Of a stretch of DNA of 64,000 nt, positions 1-7,690 are shown piece after piece. Where the stretch lies: the IMG/VR virus record IMGVR_UViG_3300023170_004399, positions 64,001-128,000 of that record, one strand, 5' to 3'. The notes beneath the pieces were generated by a model that was given only the letters and a program-made list of their open reading frames with translations, was not told where the DNA came from and did no database searches. Source of the stretch: a virus. Lineage: Duplodnaviria > Caudoviricetes. Every line of letters begins with the position of its first letter. Position 1 is the stretch's first letter. Made by a program: the position numbers and the translations under genes.

Positions 1-2
1 AC

Positions 3-1040
3 CCATGTATATCATACTTAATGTTAGAAAATCCACTTTATTTGCAAATATTAATAATGGCACATTGTGTAGGTCACTCTGATTTTTTTAAAAATAACAG
101 AATGTTCAAATATACAAGGGCTGATACAGTTGTACCTAGAATGCGTAATGCAAAAAAGAGAATACAGTCATACATTGAAGATCCGAGTATAGGAATTGAA
201 AAAGTAGAAAGAGTAATTGATGCATGTCATGCTATTTCATATCAAATCCCGAGACATCCTAGCAAAATATCAGTTATTAGTGAAGATTATAATGCTTGGC
301 AGATAGAAAATAAAAACAATAAAAATGTTGATATAGAGCAACTACCACATGAAAAAATATATGACATAATGGGTTTTATTTCTAGTTTCGGTGAAATAAA
401 AGAAGATTGGAAAAAAGATATTATAGAAATAGTAAGAGATGAAGCTTATTATTTTATGCCACAAATTAGAACAAAGATTATGAATGAAGGATGGGCATGT
501 TTTTGGCACTACAAAATACTACATGATTTAGATTTGCCACAAGAATATCACTTACCTTTTCTTAAATCTCACAACCAAGTTGTAAGGCCGCACATAGGCG
601 GAATAAATCCTTACAATTTAGGGTTTCATTTATTTAATAAAATACATGAAAGACATGGTTTAGAAGAGTGTTTTATAGCAAGAGAAGCGCATAACGATGA
701 ATCATTTGTTAGGCAATATTTAACGCAAGAAGATTGCGAAGAACTCAATCTATTTTCTATAAAGAAACAAGGCGATGACTTATATGTTGGCGATGTATCT
801 GATGAAGAAGGTTGGAAAACAATCAAAAACAGCCTGTTGCAACAAATAGCTGGCAATCAAATTCCCGTCATATACATTCAGGAAGTAGAAAAAAACAAAA
901 ATTTAATTTTACATCATGAGCATGATCATAGAGAATTGGATCTAAATCATGCTTCTGCAGTTGTTGGACATATACAAGAATTGTGGGGAAATGATGTTTC
1001 ACTAATTACAATGATAGACAATGCACCTTATGAAGTTTAG
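3..1040 (+). CDS. spoVR: SpoVR/YcgB family protein (5'-truncated by the window edge)
   Basis: The frame is open from base 3 (PCISYLM). SpoVR motifs: 'IMAHCVGHSDFFKNN', 'YFMPQIRTKIMNEGWACFWH', 'INPYNLGF', 'NDESFVRQYLT', 'LHHEHDHRELD'. Confidence 0.93.
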   Translation, partial: PCISYLMLENPLYLQILIMAHCVGHSDFFKNNRMFKYTRADTVVPRMRNAKKRIQSYIEDPSIGIEKVERVIDACHAISYQIPRHPSKISVISEDYNAWQIENKNNKNVDIEQLPHEKIYDIMGFISSFGEIKEDWKKDIIEIVRDEAYYFMPQIRTKIMNEGWACFWHYKILHDLDLPQEYHLPFLKSHNQVVRPHIGGINPYNLGFHLFNKIHERHGLEECFIAREAHNDESFVRQYLTQEDCEELNLFSIKKQGDDLYVGDVSDEEGWKTIKNSLLQQIAGNQIPVIYIQEVEKNKNLILHHEHDHRELDLNHASAVVGHIQELWGNDVSLITMIDNAPYEV

Positions 1041-1056
1041 TTAGGAGAATAACAAT

Positions 1057-2979
1057 ATGTCAAAATATTTAGAAATTATTGAGAAACAAAGAAAAGACAA
1101 AAAGTCTGATAAGTTTGAAGGTACTTTTTTAGATTATCTGAAAGAACTAGAAAGCGATCCGTCCATAGCACAACATGCGCACAAGAGATTGTATAATGCG
1201 ATATGTGAAAAAGGTATTAACACAATATCAGCTGATGACGACAGAAAGCATAAAATATTTAATGGTGATAACATTAAAATTTATGATTATTTCAAAGATC
1301 ATTTCTATGGCAATGAAAGAGTAATAGAAAAGCTTATGAGGTTTTTAAAAGGAGCTGCACTTAGAGGTGAAGAATCTAGACAAGTGTTGCTTTTAATGGG
1401 ACCAGTTGGTGCTGGTAAATCAGCATTGACGGAACATATTAAAGCAGCATTAGAAGACAAACCTTATTATCACTTAAAAGATGATCCTCAACGTGGAGAA
1501 CCATTGCAACTGTTGCCTAGATCTTTGAGAGAAGACTTTGAAAAAATGTTAGATGTTAAGATTGAAGGTGATTTATCGCCAATAGCTCGGTATAAATTGT
1601 TAGAAGAGCATGATGGTAAATATGAAAATTTCCCTGTAGTCAAAAGTACTTTTTCGCAAAGGGGACGTCGTGGAATTGCTTCTGTGCCACCTATGGATGC
1701 TAATAGTCAAGATGTTTCTGTGCTTATTGGTTCAGAAGATATAAGTAAGTTAGATAAATTTAGTGAAGATGATCCCCGTGTTTTAAATCTTACTGGCGCA
1801 TTTAATGTTGGTAACAGGGGTATCGTTGAGTTGATAGAGGTGTTTAAAAATGAAATTGAATTTCTTCACACGATTATTACAGCAACTCAAGAAAAACGAG
1901 TACCTGCTCCTGGTAAGCATGATATGGTGTTTTTCGATGGTGTTATTTTGGCACATTGTAACGAGTCTGAATGGAATAGATTTAAATCAGAACACACAAA
2001 CGAAGCAATCCTCGACAGAGTAGTTAAGATTAATGTCCCATATGTTTTAGAATTAGATCAAGAATCCAGAATTTATGAAAAGATTTTAGCAAAATCAGAT
2101 TTTGATGCTCATATTGCACCACATACAATCAAGGTTGCAAGTATGTTCTCTGTTATGAGTAGACTTAAAGAATCTGCTAAGTGTGATTTGCTTACAAAGA
2201 TGAAAATTTATAATGGGGAAGACGTAATTGAAAAAGGTCGAGTTAAAAAAATAGACATAAAAGATTTGCGAGAAGAATCACGTGATGAAGGCATGACTGG
2301 TATTAGTACAAGGTTTATCATGAAAGCTATTGACAATGCTTTGTGTGACAGTGAAAATGAATGTATTACTCCGGTGGGTGTTATTAATTCCGTGACCAAG
2401 ATGGTGAAAGAACAAATAGTTAATGCTGATTTTAGAGAAAAGTGTTTGGAGATTATACAAAAAACTGTACGCGAAGAATATCTTAAAATACTTGAGACTG
2501 AGATTGCTAAAGCATTTATTACAGCATATGAAGAACAAGCACAGTCATTATTTGATACGTATTTAGATAATGCTGAAGCTTATACTACTAAAACAAAACT
2601 TAAAGACAAAGTAACTAAAGAAGAAAGATCAGCTGATGAGCAATTTATGAAGTCTATAGAAGAAGTTATCGGTATTAGTGGTAGTTCTAGACAGGGCTTT
2701 AGATCTGATGTGACAGCTTATATGTTCTCGAGAATGAGACGTGGCGAAAAAGTAGATTATAAAAGCTATGAACCTTTGAAAGAAGCAATTGAGAGTTACC
2801 TAATTAATTCAGTAAAAGATATGGCTAGAATTGTTACAAAGTCTAAAACCAGAGATGATGAACAAAAAGCAAAATATTCTGATATGGTAAAAACACTAAT
2901 AGATGAATATGGTTACAATGAAACTTCAGCTGAAGAAATTTTAACTTATGCATCTAATAACCTTTGGAGAGATTCATGA
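1057..2979 (+). CDS. prkA: PrkA/YeaG family AAA+ ATPase / serine protein kinase
   Basis: Walker A 'GPVGAGKS', 'GAFNVGNRGIVELIEVFK', 'ILAHCNESEW', 'EGMTGISTRF'; 640 aa is typical of the family; AGGAG RBS at 1043-1047; adjacent to spoVR. Confidence 0.95.
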   Translation: MSKYLEIIEKQRKDKKSDKFEGTFLDYLKELESDPSIAQHAHKRLYNAICEKGINTISADDDRKHKIFNGDNIKIYDYFKDHFYGNERVIEKLMRFLKGAALRGEESRQVLLLMGPVGAGKSALTEHIKAALEDKPYYHLKDDPQRGEPLQLLPRSLREDFEKMLDVKIEGDLSPIARYKLLEEHDGKYENFPVVKSTFSQRGRRGIASVPPMDANSQDVSVLIGSEDISKLDKFSEDDPRVLNLTGAFNVGNRGIVELIEVFKNEIEFLHTIITATQEKRVPAPGKHDMVFFDGVILAHCNESEWNRFKSEHTNEAILDRVVKINVPYVLELDQESRIYEKILAKSDFDAHIAPHTIKVASMFSVMSRLKESAKCDLLTKMKIYNGEDVIEKGRVKKIDIKDLREESRDEGMTGISTRFIMKAIDNALCDSENECITPVGVINSVTKMVKEQIVNADFREKCLEIIQKTVREEYLKILETEIAKAFITAYEEQAQSLFDTYLDNAEAYTTKTKLKDKVTKEERSADEQFMKSIEEVIGISGSSRQGFRSDVTAYMFSRMRRGEKVDYKSYEPLKEAIESYLINSVKDMARIVTKSKTRDDEQKAKYSDMVKTLIDEYGYNETSAEEILTYASNNLWRDS

Positions 2980-3107
2980 TACTAGCTAATCTAGTATATT
3001 ATTTGTGTTTATTAATATATACATTTCCTATAGCCTTAATATTTGGTTATATATTTTATGAAATGTTTAATGAATACAAATAAATTTTTATAAAAATTAT
3101 GTGTGCA

Positions 3108-3157
3108 TTGTATAATGAATTATACTGTTAATAGCGGTATAATTCATTATCTTTTTT
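3108..3157. promoter_or_regulatory. 14-bp perfect inverted repeat carrying TATAAT boxes, followed by a T-tract (operator, promoter or terminator)
   Basis: ATAATGAATTATAC (3112-3125) and GTATAATTCATTAT (3137-3150) with an 11-nt spacer, then CTTTTTT and the AGGAG RBS of the next gene. Confidence 0.55.
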
Positions 3158-3168
3158 AGGAGTAAACT

Positions 3169-4440
3169 ATGGGTGGTGGTGCTGGTCACATGAGACATCC
3201 TTTTGATTTATTTAAAATCAAAAACGGATCTGATCTTTTAAATTTCTTTTATAACATAAAAAATGATATACAGTCTGATAGACAAAAAAGTTATAACTTA
3301 AAATCTGATGGCACGAACGTGCTTTTAAAAGTAAGCGGCAATCAGTTAGTCGTAGATAGAGGTTCAATGAAACCTGAAGATGTTAATGGTATGACGTTAA
3401 CGGATGCTGCTGAAAGATACCCTGAAGGGCATGGTTTGCGAGATGCAACTTTAATTTGCACTAGTATTTTAAATAAAGCATTTCCAAAAATACAAAATGA
3501 GCTTAAGTCATTAGGGCTGCTTGACAATAATTTTTATTGTATTAATGTTGAATATGTTCCTGCTGGTAAAATGAATGCTACTGATTATGAGAAAAATTAT
3601 TTATTTGTGCATGGCGTCAATGCTTATTATGAAAAATCTTATAGAGGCGTAGAAAGACCGGGTTTGGAAAGACCGTTGGTTTATGATCCAAAAAAGCAAA
3701 AACATGTACCTACTAAGGACAAAAGCGTTGAATTGCCATATGATAAAAATGCTTTATTCAGTTTAATTAATAAGTTAAACAACGTAGCGAAAGACTTAAG
3801 CTTTGGAGATTTAGGCAATTTCGAAGTAGTAGGACCAGTTGATGTTATGCATCTTGATGAAAGAGAGATACAATACACTTCGTTAAAAAAACCATTTTCT
3901 ATTAATTTCTCAGAAAGATTTTTAAGAAAAAATGAAGAAATTAGGCATTTACAAGGTTCATCACTTAAAACTTGGTTGCTTCACGTGAAAAATAAACCAG
4001 CTCAATATCATAGTGGAAATTATGATGTATTTTTTGAGACATCTGACAGAAAGAAAATTAACCCTTATCATAAGAAAACTTATACTGAAACTGTTATCGA
4101 CAAAACCAGGTTTTTAGATGAAATTGTTATAGATCATGATATAAGAAGTTTTATTGATGGAATGGTTTTAATTCATGCAACAAAGGAACTAGGGCAAGAT
4201 TTTTTAAATGGTTTGACTACAAAAGACTTTGGACACATTGTTTACAGTGATGATGGACAACATGAAGGCGTAGTTATTCGTGATAAATCTTACAGTGATT
4301 TTCCTTTTAAAATTACCGGCGACTTTATTGTGGATGGACAATATGGGAGATTAGCAGCTAAAATGGCAGAAAAAAAAGTGACTTTAGAAGTTGCTGCTAA
4401 CGCAAAAATATTACTACAAACTTTAAAAAATCATTTTTAA
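3169..4440 (+). CDS. ATP-dependent ligase-fold (covalent nucleotidyltransferase) phage protein, DUF6267-like
   Basis: N-terminal 'GHMRHPFD'; ligase-superfamily motifs in the correct order: I 'KSDGTN' (K45), III 'VEYV' (E128), IIIa 'LFVHG', IV 'EGVVIR' (E366), V 'FKITG' (K381). Confidence 0.6.
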   Translation: MGGGAGHMRHPFDLFKIKNGSDLLNFFYNIKNDIQSDRQKSYNLKSDGTNVLLKVSGNQLVVDRGSMKPEDVNGMTLTDAAERYPEGHGLRDATLICTSILNKAFPKIQNELKSLGLLDNNFYCINVEYVPAGKMNATDYEKNYLFVHGVNAYYEKSYRGVERPGLERPLVYDPKKQKHVPTKDKSVELPYDKNALFSLINKLNNVAKDLSFGDLGNFEVVGPVDVMHLDEREIQYTSLKKPFSINFSERFLRKNEEIRHLQGSSLKTWLLHVKNKPAQYHSGNYDVFFETSDRKKINPYHKKTYTETVIDKTRFLDEIVIDHDIRSFIDGMVLIHATKELGQDFLNGLTTKDFGHIVYSDDGQHEGVVIRDKSYSDFPFKITGDFIVDGQYGRLAAKMAEKKVTLEVAANAKILLQTLKNHF

Positions 4441-4449
4441 GAGGTCAAT

Positions 4450-4635
4450 ATGAAAATTATAAATGAATTATTTAGCGAGGACAACATCTATAGATTTTTA
4501 TTAGCATTTGCAATATTGTTGATTGTGTATAGCGGATATGTAGAAGTTAAAGAAAGAAAAGCTATTGAGAAAAGATTTAAGAGAATAGAAACTATTTTAG
4601 ATATATGTCACGAAGAGGTGTGTTATGAAAATTAA
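4450..4635 (+). CDS. small membrane protein, hypothetical
   Basis: One hydrophobic segment (FLLAFAILLIVYSGYV); GAGGT RBS upstream; tight packing with neighbours. Confidence 0.65.
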   Translation: MKIINELFSEDNIYRFLLAFAILLIVYSGYVEVKERKAIEKRFKRIETILDICHEEVCYEN

Positions 4636-4876
4636 TTTAGGCTTCCCAGAAATTTTGCTAGTATTGAGTTATCTTTTTTACAAAGTTTCTTTTACATATT
4701 CTGTCCTTTGTTTCATAATTGCTATTGCAGCAAAGATTATTGATTATGCTCTAGAGTACAGTAAGGTTGCTGAAATACAAAAATTAGTATTTAATTCTAT
4801 AGAAAAATTAACGCAGTATTTTGAAAATGAAAAACAAAGCAAAAAAGTATCAGAAGACAAAGTTCTTAAAGGTTGA
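4625..4876 (+). CDS. small membrane protein, hypothetical
   Basis: Two N-terminal hydrophobic stretches and a charged C-terminus; overlaps the upstream stop as in a coupled operon. Confidence 0.6.
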   Translation: MKINLGFPEILLVLSYLFYKVSFTYSVLCFIIAIAAKIIDYALEYSKVAEIQKLVFNSIEKLTQYFENEKQSKKVSEDKVLKG

Positions 4877-6044
4877 AAATCTGTCACAAAGTGTTATATC
4901 ACACGTGGTTTCTACTGCGGACATGTGGCATAATAAAAAAGGTTTGATTAAGTCAAATATTTACCATCTGGGTGTATCAAGTGCATCTAGATGGTTTTTA
5001 TCTTTAGAGAAGAATGAAGTTGATAATGAAATATCCAAGATAATATTAGATGCGTGTCAAGCTATTGAAAAATATGAACCTGGCAGCTCATCTTTACTTT
5101 TTTATTATTTAGCAAATAAAATAAAAAGAGAATCTGATTTTAGATTAGGAACAAAAGAAATAATAAAAAATATTAAAAGACACGTGTCTGCAGAAGCAGC
5201 TACTATAGTTGAAAATGTTTTTGACAATATAAGTCCGACAACTCATATATCTGTTATAGATAGCAATTCTAGTGAAAACGTAATTGAATTAAAAAATGGA
5301 TACAGGTCAGATTTAGTAATAGACAAGAATTTTTCGAAAATGATAGGTACAAACAACATTGTTTTAAATGATGTTAGTATACTTTTAATTGAAGGTGCCA
5401 TAGCAAGTGTAAGCGAAATAAATACATTTCTAACTAAGGCAAATGAAACTCAGCAAAATTGGTTGTTAATATGCAGAAGCTTCCCAGAAGAATTAATTGC
5501 TACGCTGGGTACTAACTGGCTTAAAAGAAAGTTAAATGTTGTACCATTGCAATACGGTACATCATACAAAAATATCAATGCGTTAGTAGACTTAATTAAA
5601 ATTACTGGAGGAATGAGTATTAACTGTCAGTTTGGCGACGTGATAGCTATTGCATGTAATGAAGAAGAACGGTATGGTTTTGTTAACAAAGTACAAATAT
5701 ATAATAAAAACATAGTCCTAAACACTGATAAAGATATATCTGCGCATAAAAAATCACTTATAAATAAAATGTTAAGCGCAGAAGAAACATTACAACAAGT
5801 ATATGCGGAGAGAGTATCGAATTTAGCTAATGAGCTTTGTGAAATAAGATTAAGGAATAGTGACACATTAATAAAAGAAGAAGTCGACTGGGCCGTAAAA
5901 TATTATGTTAGTGGAGCATGCGGAGGCTTTATTAAGTGTGAAAATATTGTAATACCTAAAAAATGGCATGACGTGTGCGCACAGGTAGCTAAAAACTTAA
6001 CTGAAACATTAAAAACTATTGGTGGTGTTGTTAATTTTGCTTGA
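4827..6044 (+). CDS. degenerate GroEL/Cpn60-like chaperonin homolog
   Basis: Apical-domain-like segment 'ILLIEGAIASVSEINTFL...WLLICRSFPEELIATLGTNWLKRKLNVVPL...LVDLIKITGG' parallels GroEL 'ILLADKKISNIREMLPVL...[23 protein letters not shown]..KVAAV...LQDIATLTGG'. The GDGTTT motif appears replaced by 'PGSSS'. Start codon uncertain (TTG 4821 or ATG 4827). Confidence 0.7.
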   Translation: MKNKAKKYQKTKFLKVENLSQSVISHVVSTADMWHNKKGLIKSNIYHLGVSSASRWFLSLEKNEVDNEISKIILDACQAIEKYEPGSSSLLFYYLANKIKRESDFRLGTKEIIKNIKRHVSAEAATIVENVFDNISPTTHISVIDSNSSENVIELKNGYRSDLVIDKNFSKMIGTNNIVLNDVSILLIEGAIASVSEINTFLTKANETQQNWLLICRSFPEELIATLGTNWLKRKLNVVPLQYGTSYKNINALVDLIKITGGMSINCQFGDVIAIACNEEERYGFVNKVQIYNKNIVLNTDKDISAHKKSLINKMLSAEETLQQVYAERVSNLANELCEIRLRNSDTLIKEEVDWAVKYYVSGACGGFIKCENIVIPKKWHDVCAQVAKNLTETLKTIGGVVNFA

Positions 6045-6114
6045 TATAGTTTTACAATTAAAAAAAATATTGTAATTATTCATTATAGCATATTTATATA
6101 CACGGGGAACAAAG

Positions 6115-6372
6115 ATGAGTGATAAATATTTGTCAACATACAAATCAGTAATGTCTATTTTGAAACAAGACGTAATACAAACTATTATCGATGGTACAAA
6201 CACTGGCACTTTTAACATCAACATTGAAGAAAGAGACAAGTTAATCAGAGTATTAGAAGCAAGCTTTGATGCTAAAAGTTATGAAATGTATAACGTAATG
6301 CAATCTGCGGTACCCAAAGAGACTAGTGTACCAAAAAAAAGTGGTGGCAGATCTGGAAAAAGTAAAAAGTAA
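6115..6372 (+). CDS. hypothetical protein
   Basis: 85-aa ORF with GGGG RBS-like element and a basic C-terminal tail; stop overlaps the next start. Confidence 0.7.
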   Translation: MSDKYLSTYKSVMSILKQDVIQTIIDGTNTGTFNINIEERDKLIRVLEASFDAKSYEMYNVMQSAVPKETSVPKKSGGRSGKSKK

Positions 6373-6860
6373 TGACTAGTCAAAAATCATGGTGTAAACA
6401 TTTAGTTGAATGTCATTGTGTTTTACCACAAATGCGTCAGCGTAAAGAAATAATATATCATAAATTTATTGTTTTCTCTACGATTGATCTAGATTCAAAT
6501 GTTGTTATACCAAAACATGCGGCATGTAACAACTGTGGTGTAATACATAACGTTATTGACATTTGCAAGAGTGAAATTTATGGTGGCAAAGAAGTAGGAG
6601 CAACAATATCAAAAGAAGATATTATGCTAATGATACCAAAAGAAATAAGTAATGTTCTGCAAAATTACAACTGTGAGTTACACGACTGGGAACACGTATT
6701 ACATATTTTTCAAAACAATTTGTGGATAGTAGAAGATTGTTTTATAGTTTTGTCGCGTGAAAGCGATGAAGATTCTGTTAGTGGAAAACTATTAAGAATA
6801 ACTGGGTCCAGTGCTTTCAGAATTGAGCCTTACATGTATAATACAATGGTGAAAAAATGA
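6372..6860 (+). CDS. hypothetical protein with putative Zn-binding Cys/His motifs
   Basis: 'WCKHLVECHC' and 'CNNCGVIH' motifs; TAATG-coupled to the upstream gene. Confidence 0.7.
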   Translation: MTSQKSWCKHLVECHCVLPQMRQRKEIIYHKFIVFSTIDLDSNVVIPKHAACNNCGVIHNVIDICKSEIYGGKEVGATISKEDIMLMIPKEISNVLQNYNCELHDWEHVLHIFQNNLWIVEDCFIVLSRESDEDSVSGKLLRITGSSAFRIEPYMYNTMVKK

Positions 6861-7084
6861 GTGATGATGTAAAAGCAATAGAAGATAATATAAAAGCTAG
6901 AGAAATAGTACAAACAGTTTTAGATTATGGTGTTAACAATAATCAAATATTACAGATAATATATCTGTTTGCTTTGGAGTTAGAAGACCAACAGCATGTA
7001 AAAACAATAACAAAAATAATAAACGATATAAAATCAAACAAAAACGTTGCTAGTCAAAAATCTAGCATTTTATTAGGAGAGTAA
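6857..7084 (+). CDS. hypothetical protein
   Basis: ATGA overlap with the upstream stop; 75 aa, helical-looking. Confidence 0.7.
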   Translation: MSDDVKAIEDNIKAREIVQTVLDYGVNNNQILQIIYLFALELEDQQHVKTITKIINDIKSNKNVASQKSSILLGE

Positions 7085-7085
7085 T

Positions 7086-7286
7086 ATGTCCATGGATATT
7101 AAAGAAAAATGGGAAGCAATTAAAGTTATCGTAGAGTCGCTTGAACTTGACGTACAAAAGAATGCTAATGGCAACGCGTCTGCTGGTGTTCGTGCACGTA
7201 AAGGTCTACGTCTTTTGAAAAAAGAAGCTGCTGAGCTAGTAAAAATTACTATTGAAGCAGAAAAAGCTTCAAAAGACAAAAAATAA
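7086..7286 (+). CDS. histone H1-like (Hc1 family) small basic protein
   Basis: 'NGNASAGVRARKGLRLLK' matches the family signature GNKAAGTRARK; AGGAG RBS at about 7076. Confidence 0.75.
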   Translation: MSMDIKEKWEAIKVIVESLELDVQKNANGNASAGVRARKGLRLLKKEAAELVKITIEAEKASKDKK

Positions 7287-7314
7287 ACATCATTTTATTT
7301 GCTTACATAATAAA

Positions 7315-7337
7315 AAAAGGCGGTTTTACCGCCTTTT
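7315..7337. terminator. bidirectional intrinsic terminator
   Basis: AAAAGGCGGT-TTT-ACCGCCTTTT hairpin with an A-run on the left and a T-run on the right, between convergent genes (7086-7286 + and 7370-7624 -). Confidence 0.85.
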
Positions 7338-7369
7338 GTTTATTTTGGATATAATTATTGTATGATAAT

Positions 7370-7624
7370 TTACCTAATAAATTTTTTAAATATTTGAGTT
7401 AGTTTTTTAATTGCACTTTTTTCAATTTGACAGATGCGCATTCTAGTAAGTCCATGTAAATCCCCTATTTCCTGTAAAGTACGAGGCCCATCTTTGGCCG
7501 CAACTATTGCGCAATTTAATTTACTACTACAATTTAACCAGTTCCTGCACTTTTTGTTTTCGCAGGCCTTGTTTAATGTTTCGCATGAAGAAAAACATGT
7601 TTTTTGTTCTCTATTGTGACTCAT
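7370..7624 (-). CDS. Cys-rich protein with a stand-alone sigma-70 region-4 HTH
   Basis: C-terminal 'GPRTLQEIGDLHGLTRMRICQIEKSAIKKL' is the sigma region 4 signature (TLxEIG..xGxTRERIRQIExxALxKL). Start reassigned to ATG 7624, which has a GGAG RBS (the track starts at 7672). Confidence 0.8.
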   Translation of the reverse strand: MSHNREQKTCFSSCETLNKACENKKCRNWLNCSSKLNCAIVAAKDGPRTLQEIGDLHGLTRMRICQIEKSAIKKLTQIFKKFIR

Positions 7625-7690
7625 TACAACTCCATAAAAATAATATATTATATTATACAATAAACCTAACATATTTCTAAAGGTAAAAAA

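Noticed and set aside
3083-3098. Perfect 16-bp palindrome AATTTTTATAAAAATT, with a similar one at about 58875-58895
   Set aside because: Composed only of A/T in very AT-rich gaps, so it is likely by chance or part of terminator flanks.
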